A stretch of 64,000 nucleotides of DNA from Eledone cirrhosa. Its lineage: Eukaryota. Within the stretch, counting starts at the first letter, position 1. Each line of letters begins with the position of its first letter. A program made the position numbers and the translations under genes. The notes below the pieces were generated by a model that was not told the DNA's origin, made no database searches, and was given only the letters and a program-made list of their open reading frames with translations. Location: positions 337,838,001-337,902,000 of the forward strand of contig OZ024740.1 of NCBI GenBank assembly GCA_964016885.1, written 5' to 3'. Positions 12,480-26,261 of the stretch are shown here, one piece after another.

Positions 12480-13050
12480 TTTTCTCCCACTTATTCCTGA
12501 GAGGGTCATGGGAGCAAAGTCCTCAAACTCTCCTTTCATTGAATCCTGTCCGAAGCAACCATCTCCAATTGATCTGGTTGGATTCCCAAGTGAGACCACC
12601 CAAGCTCATGGATATTATCCAACCATTTTGCTTGGGGTCTACACCTATAAAATCTGTCTAGCAATTGTTTCCTGAGACATTCTAACCCCATGCCCATAAT
12701 ATCAGAGCTGTGATCTCTCAATTCAGAGAAGTAGCAGTTTTATCTGGAGTGACTTTCTGATCTCCGAGCTATGCACTCTATCAAGTAATGTTATTCCAAA
12801 TACCTTTCAAAGGAAATCTATTTCGGCTGCTTGTATTTGCGATCATGTTCTACACTAGCTCCTGCAATTCTTGCACTTAAGTCAGCGTGCTACCTTTCAT
12901 CACTCATGAACATAACCCTGAAATACTTGGAACTCCATTCACATGTCTTCACCAAACAAATAATATATTGCAATGAGATACACGTAACACTTATCTTGGG
13001 GAAATATTCCTTATGTTCAATGTTCACAGAATACTCTTTTTTGTTTAAAC
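12480..13050 (-). mobile_element. Old RTE (Expander-like) 3' remnant
   Basis: Decayed peptides SKYFRVMFMSDER (cf. FKYLGVMFTSDGR), LLRIERSQL*YYGH and WLDNIHELGWSHLGIQPDQLE. Confidence 0.6.
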
Positions 13051-14848
13051 TGTTCTCACATTGTTTTAGCTGCATCCACATTTCAGTGATCATCATCATC
13101 AACATTATGATCAATTTTCATGGTAGCACAGGATGGATGGGCTGTTATGGTTTCTATGGTTGTATGCCCTTCCTAATGACAAACACTTTACAGAGTGTAC
13201 TGGGTGTATTTTATCATGGCATCAACGCTAGAAAGGTTGTCAAGTCCAGTGTGTGTATGTATAAAGGTTCTTATATATTTGGCTCTTCTAGCTGTCACTT
13301 CATTTGAGATTGAATTTAGATTGAAATGTGAATTTGTATTTGAAGTTCAATGAATATTATTATCCTCATTCTAAAAAATAAATATAATTTAACTGTTAAA
13401 TTTTACTGTTATTGCTTTCGATACCAAACTACCCCTGGTTCTATGATACAAAGCTGTATATTTTAAGGTGTTTATATTTATTGATAGACATTCTATCATG
13501 ATTTTATGTAAGAACCTTTGTTATGTTATGCTCCTATATTAATATTTATAATGAGAAAGTTAATTACATTACAAAATTCTTCGAAATTCTTCATTATTTT
13601 CAAAATAATATGAAAAATATAGGCAATATCTTTTGCTTAGAAATATGGCAATGAAAGGGTTAATTAATGTTTCTGTTACAAAATAACAAAGTATAAAATA
13701 GTTTCTCTCCTCCTCATGAAAATAAAATGGACAGACCAATCATAATTCTTCAGTTTGTTTGCAATAAATGTTGTGTTGTTGCCCTCATATATGTGAATAT
13801 ATTATTTATTATTCTTGTGGCAGAATAAATAACATATTCATGAACATTTTATATTTCAGTGAATATTTGAAAAGATTTTATTTTCTCAATCCTTTCAGCC
13901 TTTCAGAATTAGAACACAAGTCATAGGTTGGGAATTGCTTTGCTAGACTAAAATTATGATTGAATGTATTGTTGATTAGTTCCCCTTTCATAGGTCAGTT
14001 CAAATAGAGCTGACTGGGTCTGAACAACATCAACACAAACACCACCACCAAGAAGAACAATTGAAATAAGTAACAAGAACAATAACAACAGCATGGCTAT
14101 CCTGTTATAGCTTTTAGTATTATTGGTTTAATCGATCAGATCTGACATGTGGCTAAACCACAACATTGACAATGATAACAACAAAAGCAACCACAATAAC
14201 AATAACCAGAGTATGGCTATACCATTATACCTTCTAGTATTGTTGGCTATTACAGGGAATTGTACAGAGTAAACCAAAACACTTGTAATATCAATACTTT
14301 CCTTGTTTTGTGTAAAATAGGTATCATACAGAGGTGAAGTTTAGTGATGTAGGTGGGAAGATCATTGTGTTATTCATACAGAATAGCTATCTGATCCTTA
14401 CATATATGGTGTCTACTATTGGAATTGTGAGTGTCTGACAATATCTGTGCTGGATGTCTGCTGTGTATTTACTGGCAGTTCAAATCATCCATGGTGAACA
14501 TCGATACAAATAGAAGTAAAAGTACAATTAACATACAAATCTGTAATTAATCTCTTCTCCCAATATCTCATAGTGATGAGTGGTTTCATCCTGGGCAAGG
14601 AATCCTCAGACTGGCTTTAAATGCCCACCCGAGATGAAATCACTGGTCAATATGAGGTATTGAATATCCCAATTCTTATAATAAATCTGTACTCTACAAA
14701 CATATTGAGTTCTCTTTGAGAGGTAGTGGAACCTAGCGTGTCTTAATTATTGCTCAGCTCACCCATCATGATAAACCTTTTTCAACCCTCATCTATTTCC
14801 TAAATTTACTATTTCCTGATGAAGAACTAATGTCTGATATGATATATA

Positions 14849-14880
<32 letters not shown>

Positions 14881-15893
14881 AAGTTTATAGAAAATGTTGT
14901 GTGCATGCATGCTTATTTTGTGCATACATACACATACAAGCATGCATATATTCACAACATTAAAAGTGCTTTTTGGTAGTAGAATACATTATTTCTCATC
15001 TAAATATTTGATAGGTTGTGAAGCAAATTACTACTCAAGAAAAAACACAATCACAAAAAATAAAGAAAAACTGTCAATATTTTTGTAAGATGTTCATAGT
15101 TTGCAGTTATAGTTGCATCTTACATTGGAAAACAAAGAAGACAGCATTAGCCTAGTGTAGACATTACTTTGATTTCAGTGAAGATGGCAGTACTGTTATT
15201 AACAAACAATGCAGGAGGACATTTCCTTTGAGATAACTACTTGTTATGCTGGCTAATCTGCCGGCAATAAAAAACAACAAAAGAAAAACAAAAATAATCA
15301 ACAACAAAAAAAAAGCACATTAATGCAATCACTGAAATGACCTTGTTTCTATCTTCAAACTAAAGGACAAACAAAAGATTTGCCCATGAAAGATTTTCAA
15401 GGAAATTAAGATTTTACATCGATTGACATATATGAAGACAATTTAGTTTAGAATTTTAATTTTCTAAAGTTCCTATTTTAACACTGTGAAGAAATAGATT
15501 TGTGTGTTGTGTTGTTTATTTGTAAAAACAATATATATATATATCTTTTGAACTAAACAACTTGCCTGTCAAGCAAGAGATGTATTTATATCCATCATTG
15601 ATACTTTGTTGGTGATAGTGATGGTTGAAGGTGGGTACTGAGTGGGAATTTTGTGGGGCTGTATGGAGGTGTATACTTCAAAAGAAATATGAGATCTTAC
15701 AAGGAAGGAAGAAAGAAAAAAATAAGATTTCCTGTTTTAAATAGAACTGTAATTATAAAAACAACAAAAGAACGTAAGAAATTGAAATGTAAAGTACACA
15801 AATAAATGAACACAAGATGTCTTTGAATAATGGTAAATGCTGTGGAGAGATAAGAAACCCAAGCTATGAGATGGTTTGTACAGAGCTACCTAC

Positions 15894-15995
15894 CTCACAT
15901 ATGGCTTTCGTTAGATCAGATTCATCTTTATTCCATTGCTGCTTATATTTCATAATCTCAGAGGAAAGCAGCTGCTCAACTGCTTTCTGTTCCTT
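15894..15995 (-). CDS. Internal coding exon (102 nt, phase 0/0) of a C20orf96/DUF4618-like host gene: KEQKAVEQLLSSEIMKYKQQWNKDESDLTKAICE
   Basis: Long polypyrimidine tract + TAG acceptor, GAG|GTAGGT donor, open frame, in-frame join with exon 21288-21365. The family call comes from recalled similarity of the joined peptide, not from a search. Confidence 0.8.
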
Positions 15996-16269
15996 CTAAA
16001 AACAAACAGAAGAAAAAAAAAATGGTAAATTAGCTGATCCATTTGTTTCCCTTCTTTTCTTTCAACATTTTCAATGAATGGAATACCCTAGCTTTTTCTT
16101 TTTTTCAAATTCCTCACTTTTTACTTTGAACTTTTAAAATCTCCCCAGGTCATCTAGGGTTAGTGACAGTATATAAACATATCAGGTTCTATCCCTTGTA
16201 TTTAAAATGCAGTGATATGAAATATATTTAACAAGTAAAGGAAGCATCACTGAAAAGAACTCAACTAAC

Positions 16270-16810
16270 ATCATAATGTTTACATCTGCTTTTCCATGCT
16301 TGCATGGGTTGGACAGGTCCTTTTCAGCACAACCTCCACCTCGACTCATAATGCTCCATCATCATCTCCACTGTGAAGTTTAGCATTTTGAGATTACCTC
16401 TGACAACCTCTACCCAGTTTTCTTGGTCTTCTCCTACTACAACTTCCTTCCATTGGCATCTTCTGGCAGCATTCATCATATATCATCATCATCATCATCA
16501 TCGTTTTACGTCCGTTCTTCCACGCTAGCATGGGTTAGACATATATGCATCACATATTCATGCTAGTACAGTCATCACACTTGCACACATCTGATTGTTT
16601 CATTTCTCTCTGACATCCATATCCCACTGCCAATGCAAAATCACATTTCTCTTATACCTAGCTTTTCTCTCAGTTCATTCATATCCTGTCACTCATACAA
16701 ACTAACATTACACATCCAGTGGAGAATGCTCACTTCATTTCTTTCCAGCTTTTGTATAGTCTCTGCATTTACTGCCCATTTCTCACTGCCATGCAACATC
16801 ACACTTCAGT
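16270..16810 (-). mobile_element. Old RTE 3' remnant with a younger RTE tail inserted at ~16484-16540
   Basis: VMLHGSEKWAV..., LERNEVSILHWMCNV and the CCATGC/GCATGG tail stem-loop. Confidence 0.7.
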
Positions 16811-18329
16811 GATCTAAATTCATAGTAATTTGATTTTTTTTACTTGTTTCATTCATCTGCCAGGAGTTGCAGCAACCGGTAGATAGTATCAGCAATGGAA
16901 AGACTAATAGAAACATTGTTTCCTTGGTCTATTTTGATGAGTTACACCCCACACAGTAAGTGATGGGGGGCTGGGATCTTGTCGATCGATTTTCCCTTCA
17001 TTCCTTGAACTAATCCCCTGCTGGGGCACCTAAATGAAGGACTTTAGTCGATCATATTGACATGAGGCCTTGTAGTATCTCTTTCAGCTCTTAGTGTTCT
17101 GAGCCTGCCTGCAATATTATTGTTCCAAAGCTGCATTGGACTTTGCCTTTTGCTTCAATAACTCTGGTGATGAAAAGGGAAATATTTGCATGTATAGTTA
17201 ACTGCTGGTCTTTAAAATTTACTCAGGCATGTGCCTTGGAGAGAAACTTTCCAGGTGCAAGCACATGTCAGCCATATATATATGTGTTTTGTAATGGATA
17301 TATTAACATGTCAATGCATACAGATATATGCAAATAGAAAGCTACATTTGAGATGTGTGAACAATATGAGTTTGCACCAACATTTAGCTATAAGTATATA
17401 CGGGACTTTTATTGTACACAAAATGAACAGAAGCCAAATAGGTCAGCATCTCCACTCTTTGGTTGTCATATCCATATGTTCTTTTTCATAGTTATGACCA
17501 GAAAATTATTTCATACAAATTCTAGAATTATATTCTCATATAGAATTAATAAAACTGATGAATTTATGCTGTAGTAATTGTATTCTAGACAATCACTGTA
17601 CTAGTTGGCATTATGGAAACTATCCTATTGGAAAAATATTTCTGCCAATCGACAAATATTAATATTTGCAAAATTACCCACATCTTTATAGCTTAGAAAT
17701 CAAAAACCATTTCTTGATGTATGTATATAGACTTTGTATGTGGCAGATGTGCAGGAATAGTTAATGGTAAGAGCACCGGCTAAATAAACTTTTTCCAATT
17801 TAGGGAAGGTTCCATAACAGTAGTTGATAGCTCTGGTGTCCTAGAAACATGTAATACAAGTTTGTGTCACTATAATCTAATGTTGTACAATATTTGGACA
17901 ATATAGACAAAGCAGATTGGAATGGATCTAGTCTTTAGCATTAACTATTAAATGCAATGGACATATTTGGGTTTTATTGGATCTTTCCGGCAAAGTGTAT
18001 TCTACTCAGGATATGAGTGATCAATATGTATAGAAATATGGTTGTAGAAGTATTGATTATAAATATCAGGAGTATGACTGTTGTAGTCATTAGTCATAAG
18101 TATTGTTTAAAAGACAGGATAATCATGGTTGGAATACCTTAGATCATAGTACTGCTTGATCAGGGCAGACTTTGTGCTAAACAATAACAACCAACTGTGA
18201 GGTAAATGTTTTTGCATATTAACCACATATACTCCAGTTCAATCATTGTTTAAGCCATTATTTCATCTAGTCAAACGTGGATTATTCTATTTCGTTCAGT
18301 CTATTTAGCTGGATGAAATAAAATAACCA

Positions 18330-18670
18330 TCTCTAGATAGGAGATCCTGTTGTTGAGAGAGGATGTGGTTGTAGGCAGCACATATGGCTGTAGTTAGAAC
18401 TTTGAGCTGTGAATATGACCATTGGTAATAATAGGACATCCAGTAGTAGACATGAAATCAAACTGTAGAAAGTTTATGTAGCTGTAGGTAAGAAAACTAG
18501 TCACAGACAGAGTATCTATAATAGCAGTTCTAGATAGAAGCTCTGGCTATAGACAGGATATGCAACTGTAGGTAGAATGTACAGCTATGGCTGACATACA
18601 ATGTAGATAGGACATAAATCTGTAAATAAAGTGTCTATCTGTTGGTAGGATATCCAATTGTAGGCAGGAC
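18330..18670. repeat. Highly degenerate ~19-bp minisatellite (CTGTAGATAGGA-like)
   Basis: Recurrent CTGTAG/TGTAGG/ATAGGA at roughly 19-bp spacing. Confidence 0.55.
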
Positions 18671-18692
18671 ACAATTAGGGAAGGGCTGTTCT

Positions 18693-19010
18693 TATTGTTT
18701 AGCCCCAGCTCAGCCCTGTTTTAGCTGACCTATGGTATAGAATATTACACATGAAATAAGACCCACTGATAACATAATCAAATTATGAGCCAACAAGGGA
18801 GCCTCTATATGGCTGCTCAGCCTTCTAAAATAGCAAGCGGATTTGTCTCAAATCACCCACTCTCATCTTTAAAAAAATAATATATTTTGATAATACAATC
18901 CAAGAGATATTTTATGAAAGAAAAAAAAAGATGGAATGCTCATGGCAGAGACACTTTTGATCATAGGCCTGTGCAATCAGTGCTAACATGGTGGTTAAAC
19001 AACAGCAACA
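18693..19010. mobile_element. Dispersed non-autonomous repeat with TTGTTTAGCCCCAG... termini in inverted orientation
   Basis: Left TTGTTTTAGCCCCAGCTCAGCCCTG...ACCTATG; right ...GATCATAGGCCTG...TAAACAAC. Related pieces at ~9385-9460 and ~18115-18185. Confidence 0.55.
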
Positions 19011-19309
19011 ACAACAATAACAATGATGGCAATATTTTACAGAATTGACTTCTAAAATGTCACTTAATTGTTGATATAAATTTAAAGGAGACTGTGGAAT
19101 TAAATGGAATAAAGAACATAGAAGAATCTTATTGAGAAAATGTGATTTCTATGGTTTAATCATCAGCAGAGTTGACATCATCTCAACACTACAGCACATA
19201 GCACCACACTTCACTAAACTGTCAATATACTGAAGCAAGAATAAACATTGAGAATCTCTACTAAAATTTCTGAGAATTGTTGACTCTTTTAAACCAGTAA
19301 TTGTTATAA

Positions 19310-21205
19310 TGGCGGTCGTAGTGGTTGTGTTGGTGGTAGTGTGGTGATGGTAGTGGCAGTGATGGTAGTAGTAGTTGTGTTTGTGGTTATGGTGGTGGTG
19401 ACAGTGGTTGTGTTTGTGGTTATAGTGATGATGATGGTGGTAGTGGTGCTGGTGGTAGTGGTGATGATGGTAGTGGTAGTGGCAGTGGTTGTGATGGTAG
19501 TAGTGGTTGTGTTTGTGGTTATGGTTGGTATGGTAGTGGTGACAGTGGTTGTGACGGTAGAAGTGGTTGTGTTGGTGGTTATGGTGGGTATGGTTGTAAT
19601 GGTAGTAGTGGTTGTGTTTGTGGTTATAGTGGTGATGGTGGTAGTGGTGATGATGGTGGTGGCAGTGGTTGTGATGGTAGTAGTGGTTGTGTTTGGTGGT
19701 TATGGTGGGGGATGGTGGTGGTGACAGTGGTTGTGATGGTAGTAGTAGTTGTGTTTGGTGGTTATGGTGGAGGATGGTGGCGGTGACAGTGGTTGTGATG
19801 GTAGTAGTGGTTATGGTGATGATGATGGTGGCAGTGCTTGTGATAGCAGTAGAGTTGTGGTGGTGATAACGGTAACAGTTGTGGTGATGATGTTTCTGGC
19901 TGTGTTGGTGGGGATGGTAGTAATGTTGTTGTTATTGTTGATGGTAGTGGTGGCGGTAGTGACTATTAATACTGTTGTTTGTAGTGGTGATAGTAGAACA
20001 TGTTGATGGCGTTAGTAGTAGTCTTGGTAGTGGTTTCATTGGGGATTGTAGGAGAGGCAGTGTTGGTAGTACTGTTGATATTGATGTTTGTACTAGTGGT
20101 GTTGTTTTAGGCGGTGGTTGTGCAGTTGGTACTGTTAACACAGGGTATTATAGATACTGTTGTAGGTGGTGGTAGTAGTATTTGTGCAGTTGAGGGTAGT
20201 GTTGTTGGTGTTGTTGTTGATGTTGGTAGTGTTAGGGTATTAGTGTTGTTGCTTCTGGTACTAGGGTGGCTCTGTTGACAATGGGGCTGCTATTGATACT
20301 GGAGATGGTATTGTTAGTGGTATTAGCAGTGTCACTGTTGATGTTGTAGTTAGTGGTAGTTTTAATAGTGGTGTTGTTGGTGTTGTTGGTGTTGGTGGTG
20401 GTAGTAATGGTACTCTTCTTGCTGTTGGTGTTGTTGTTGGTGGTTTTAGAAGTGTTGTTGTTGTGATAAATGTGTTGTTATTACTAATGCTGTCAGTATT
20501 GTCGGTGTTGCTAGTGGTAGTGTGGGTGTTATTGTTGGTGGTAGTGGTAGTGGTGGTCTTGTTATTAGTGGTAGTGTCTGTATTGTTGGTGTTGTTATTG
20601 TTGTTGATGGTGGTGGTGGTGGTGGTGGTAGTAGTGGTGGTCTTGTTATTACTAGTGGTGTTGGTATTGTTGGTGTCATTAGTGGTAGTGTTGGTGTTGT
20701 TGATGATGGTAGTAGTAGCAGTCTTGGTGTTGGTATTGTTGGTGTCATTAGTGGTAGTGTTGGTGTTGTTGATGGTAGTAGTAGCAGTCTTGGTGTTGGT
20801 ATTGTTGGTGTCATTAGTGGTAGTGTTGGTGTTGTTGATGGTAGTAGTGGCAGTCTTGGTGTTGGTATTGTTGGTGTCATTAGTGGTAGTGTTGGTGTTG
20901 TTGATGGTAGTAGCAGTCTTGGTGTTGGTATTGTTGGTGTTATTAGTGGTAGTGTTGGTGTTGTTGATGATGGCAGTAGTAGCAGTCTTGGTGTTGGTAT
21001 TGTTGGTGTCATTAGTGGTAGTGTTGGTGTTGTTGATGATGGCAGTAGTAGCAGTCTTGGTGTTGGTATTGTTGGTGTCATTAGTGGTAGTGTTGGTGTT
21101 GTTATTGTTGTTGATGATAGTGGTGGTGAGGCAGTGGTAGTCTTGTTATTACTGGTAGTGTCGTTATTGTTGGTGTTACTAGTGGTAGTGTTGGTATTGT
21201 TAGTA
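19310..21205. repeat. (GTG/GTA/GTT)n low-complexity tract containing a ~63-69-bp minisatellite at ~20640-21110
   Basis: About 7 units of GTCTTGGTGTTGGTATTGTTGGTGTCATTAGTGGTAGTGTTGGTGTTGTTGATG(ATG)GTAGTAGTAGCA. Confidence 0.9.
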
Positions 21206-21287
21206 ACATATCTGTCAGTTCTTAGTTTAACTAATATTCTATACAATAAGTCAATGTTTATTTAGCCTGCTCAATTGATGTGCTCAC

Positions 21288-21365
21288 CTCATTTGCCATC
21301 TTCAAGTCAGCAATATCTCTCTCCAATCCACTAATTACCAATTCTTTGATAGGGTATTCTTGATG
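21288..21365 (-). CDS. Internal coding exon (78 nt, phase 0/0) of a C20orf96/DUF4618-like host gene: HQEYPIKELVISGLERDIADLKMANE
   Basis: TTTCTTTTACCATTGCAG acceptor, GAG|GTGAGC donor, open frame. The EYPIK...I..L motif resembles the C20orf96 family as I recall it (human DHEYSIKSVQISTL). Confidence 0.8.
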
Positions 21366-21526
21366 CTGCAATGGTAAAAGAAATCAGAGCAATATTTCTC
21401 AAATCAACTCAATAAAATGCTTTTGTCTGTCTTCACATTCAATGTGGAAGACTTATTGCAATGAGTTCAAAGTAAACACTACACTTGGCACACTGTCCAT
21501 ATAAGTTAATAGTCAACAACTATTCT

Positions 21527-21561
<35 letters not shown>

Positions 21562-21865
21562 TATATATGTATGTATTATGTATGTGTGTATGTGTGTGCA
21601 TATATATATATATATGTATATATATATACACATATATGTGTGTATATATAAATATATACAAACACACATATATACATTTATATATATACTATATAAAAGC
21701 ATATATAGCTGTATGTGTATGTATATATATAGATGCATATGTGTGTATGCATATGTAAATATATATATATGTATATACATATATATGTATGTGTGTGTAT
21801 ATATGTGTGTGTATATGTATATATGTGTGTGTATATATATATATATGTGTGTATATATATATATA

Positions 21866-21908
<43 letters not shown>

Positions 21909-22483
21909 ATATGTGTATATATATATGTATGTATATATGTGTATATATATATGTATATATACACACACACACATATATATATACACACACTCATATATGT
22001 ATATATATATATACAGCTACACAATTATACATACTGAGAAATTCATAATTTATGTATGTTCTTGGTGATAATTTAAATGGACAAACACGGTAACTTACAT
22101 AAATATGCACATGACTGCACATTCAGACACATACATGCTTCTACACCCATATATAGGTATACACACCAACACATATACTGTACATTTAGATAAATAGTGT
22201 GTGGGGGATGTTTAAGTATTTATAGATATCTTGAAAGATTTAATAGAATTTTAGAATATTAAATCTTTGAATTACTCTTTTTTTTTAATTTTTATATAAA
22301 CACACACACACATATATATATACAGACAAATGGAGAGAGAAACACACACACATACATATATATATGTACATACATGAATATAAATATGCACACAGATATA
22401 TATATATATATACACATAGACATAGATACATGGTCATAGATATATATATAATAACATACATACATATGCCTGCATACAGATAC

Positions 22484-22528
<45 letters not shown>

Positions 22529-23103
22529 AACAGATACCCAAACATGCACATACAGATATTATGCATACATATATATTTATATATACAAACAGCCTGTTTT
22601 GATATGATATAGATATGTCAGTTTAAGAACTGGCTTAGATATTTTACAAAGTGTGATTTGAATTCTCATATATCTGAGCTCAAATCCTAACATTGTTGGC
22701 ATTAGTTTTTCTCACTTTAGCTCTTTTGATGCTAAACCACTTGAAACCATTCCGGATACAGAACTGTTCATTTTAAAGTATTTTTATTTATTTAGAAATT
22801 TCAATCATAATTTTATATTAATTCATGTTCCAAACATCAGTTTTATAATGAGAAAGTTAGTTATATAACTAAATCCCTCCATATTCGGTATTATTTCAAT
22901 ATGACTTGAAAATTATATGGCAGTTTTTTTCTTTAGAAATATAGCAACAAAAGTGTTTTGAGTGATTATGGGCTTTTGCAACTGTAAAGTTCTTCTCCAA
23001 GTTGCAAGCCTGAGCAGGGTGTTTTGTGAAAAATCAACAATCACCCATGCATAAAACTGGTGTTGTCCAAGAGAAAGACTTGGTACCATTGTTATCACAA
23101 CAA

Positions 23104-23312
23104 TGGTAGTGGATTAGCAGTATTCGTAGAGCGCTGGACACTCTGCTTCGCAGCATAGAGTTATGGCCCTTTACGTTCTGAGTTCAAATCCCGTTGAGGT
23201 TAGTTTTGCCTTTCATCCTCATAGGGGTCGATAAAATATAGTACCAGGGGGTCGATTTAATTGACTTTCCCCCAAAAACAAAATTACTAGCCTTATGCCT
23301 AAATCAGAAATC
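23104..23312 (+). mobile_element. SINE family 1 (longer-tail variant) with TSD
   Basis: Family consensus; CATTGTT(A/G)TCACAA on both sides. Confidence 0.85.
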
Positions 23313-23851
23313 ATTGTTGTCACAATACATTTTCACAGCTGGAGTGGACTGGAACAACATGGAATAATTTCCTACTTGCTGCAGGAATAGAACTCATGAT
23401 CTTGAAACCATGAGCTCAACATCTTAATCATGAAAGATTTAAAGTTGATATAATTAATGTGTTTCAGTAATATATTTGGAATTAGACAATTATTTACAGT
23501 ATACCTCCTCTCTCATAGGACAATAATATCACAAAATATCAATATTTTTATATCTCACAGAATATAGATATTTTTTCCCAAGTGTATCGGCATGATATGC
23601 TGAATAATTATAGTTGTTTAAACCACCACCACAACCATCACTGCCACCAAAACCACCACCACTGCCACCTTCATCATTGATGCCTCAACTACTAACACCA
23701 CCAACAACTATCTCCTCCACCGCCAACATTACCAAAACAACTGTCATAACTTCCCAATACTGCCACTGCTTCCAACATCACTAGTGCTGCCACCAACACC
23801 ACCCACCTAAACCAGTATCACTGCTGCCACTATCACCATTGTCGCCATCAT

Positions 23852-23882
<31 letters not shown>

Positions 23883-24325
23883 CTTATCAAGAGCATTGTC
23901 ATTATCGACCATCAAATCATCATCATTTTTATCCTCATCACCATCAGTATTTTTATGTTTGTTTTTTCTTTGTGGACATGGGTTAGATGGAACATTTTGA
24001 AGCAGTGATTGTCTGAATGTCCTTCTTGATTCCAGTATATACATTATTTTTGAATATATTATATGCTGATAACCTATGTTCAACTGCTAAAGCTGTTGAA
24101 CATAGTGCTTATATGAAATATACAGAAACATCACCATATACTTTAAATTGTGTCATGTCACTATAAAGATACATGGAGGCAGACATACATACACATATGC
24201 GCATACAACACACACACACATACACACACACACACACATACACACACACACACAGGCATACACATACATACATAGCTTATTACAAGCTTAATAAGGAGAT
24301 ATCTCAATGGATTAGATGTGTGATG

Positions 24326-25211
24326 CAGGGCTGTTTAATTCTTTGAGAACACGTCTTTTAACAGCTCTACCATTTTTCTAACTCGTTCTGATTATCATTC
24401 CTTTTCAGATAAGTGATGACAGGCATCAAGCTAACTCAGCAAATGAAAAAGCATTTTGCAATCATTGCCTTAAGTGCAGAGCATAGTGATTTAGAGATTG
24501 CTTACTTCCTCAAAGTTAGTAAAGAGCTAGAAGCTGCTGACAGGGATTCTACAGCAGTAACCAAATGTACAACACATGCTAAGGGTCCTATTACCACCAG
24601 AATACCAACGTTTGTATGAAAGGTGTAGAACATTGTCAATAAGAATCTTCAAAAGTCAATTAGCATTATTGTTAAGGAGCTCACGTTTTCAAGGCACATT
24701 TGATGGTACTGGGAGTCGTGAGCAGCAAGGGAGATGTCATGCCCTCTCACTTCTTTCCTGATTAGAGGATGATGCTTGAGAGATTTGTGAAACCTTGAAT
24801 AAAGAGTGGGGCAAAGGAAGACTGTACATCTACCAACAAAAATCTGTGCCATCTCATAAGACCAAGGCAACCCAAGAATACCCTAATAGTTCTACAGGCC
24901 TGACTCCATTGGATTACTACATATGAGGCATAGTTAAGAGGGAATTCAATCAATGTCCCCATAACACTATAAAATCTTTGAAGACCACCATAATAAGCAC
25001 AATCTCCAAAATAAATTAAAATCATCTGAGTTGGCATGTCAATGTTCAGAGCAGTCATTGATGCTAATGGCAGATTCACTGAGTAGCTGAGTCAAGAAGA
25101 GTCTAAAGAGTATATATATGTCAATTTTTCCTCAAATAAAGCTCATCTTTCATGATTTATACATCTTTTACTAAATTCATACAAATGCCCTCAAAGAGCT
25201 GAGCAGCCCTG
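24326..25211 (+). mobile_element. Old, internally deleted DD37D (maT-like) transposon
   Basis: Termini CAGGGCTG.../...CAGCCCTG; decayed peptides KLTQQMKKHFAIIALSAEHSDLEIAYFLKV, MVLGVVSSKGDVMPSHFFP, QQKSVPSHKTKATQE and FRAVIDANGRFTE. Confidence 0.75.
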
Positions 25212-25550
25212 AATATATATTTTAATATAGCACAAAAAAGTAGAAATAATTGCACTCATAAACAAATGAATGCTTGCTAATTCAGCAACATTCAAGATGT
25301 TTTACAAGAAAGGGTTAAAGTGTTTATTATCCTTAGAAAGGGGATATAAGAGCTCTTTCACCTGCATTGTTATACATAAAATATCACACCAATTGATCTT
25401 AGAGTTGCAGCTCTAGTATATGAATGCTACTGACTGATTGAAGATATTTATAAGATCATGGTTTCATTGGTGCACATGTGTTTGTAAGTATGTATGTGTC
25501 TATGTGTGTGCATGTGATGTGTTGTATATGTATGGCATACTCTTTATTAT

Positions 25551-25867
25551 GTAGCGTGCTTTGTGGTTTGAGTATTTGGCTCATGATTGTAAGTTCATGT
25601 ATTCGATTCCAGGAGGCACATTGTGTCCTTGAGTAAGACACTTTATTTCATGTTGCTTCAGTCCACTCAGCTGACAAAAATGAGTTGTACCTGTAATTCA
25701 AAGGGACGGCATTGTCACATTCTGTGTCTTGCTGAATCACCCTGAGAACTATGTTAAGGGTTCATGTATGTCTGTAGAATGCTAAGCCACTTGCACATTA
25801 ATTTCATGAGCAGGCTGTTCTGTTGATTGTATCAACTGGAACACTTGTCATAATCAATAGAGTGCCA
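25551..25867 (+). mobile_element. Older tRNA/CORE-like SINE with a different 3' part
   Basis: Eroded A/B boxes, then TGTCCTTGAGTAAGACACTTTATTTCATGTTGCTTCAGTCCACTCAGCTG shared with SINE family 2. Confidence 0.7.
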
Positions 25868-26261
25868 CTACTACTACTGTGTCTTATAATGTTTCCAATA
25901 AATTAATAAAGATTCAAAATTGTAAGTGGATCACGTAAAATTAGTCTACAGTAATTATGTTTGTATATGTCAAAAACACAATTCATTTTAATAGTCAGTA
26001 ATGTCTTCTTGTATTGGAGCAAATGGTGATCATGTGTATAGATATGAGTATATATTTAAGTAGGTATAAATTTATGGATACATACATATGTGTGAATGTC
26101 TGCAATTTAATAATTAGTACACATGTACATGTGTGTAAGCATGTTTAAGCATATAGGTATTTTTGTGTGCATGTGTAAGCATATATACATGTATAGGTAT
26201 ATGTGTATGCTTAGAATAGTGTGCATGTTTATAGGTGTGTAAATGCATGTGAAATAATAAT

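Noticed and set aside
14811-14845. CTGATGA-AGA...TCT-GATA hammerhead-like string
   Set aside because: GAAA is not intact and there is no convincing stem I or III.
20446-21265. Mucin-like, poly-Val and Gly-Val ORFs of 225-266 aa
   Set aside because: Open in several frames on both strands because the tract is built from GTN triplets. I saw no convincing splice signals, and it lies in the intron between the two real exons.
21485-22612. Many YIYI/MCVC ORFs (also ~8025-8374, 53186-53501, 54313-54762, 63458-63908)
   Set aside because: Translations of (TA)n/(TG)n microsatellites.
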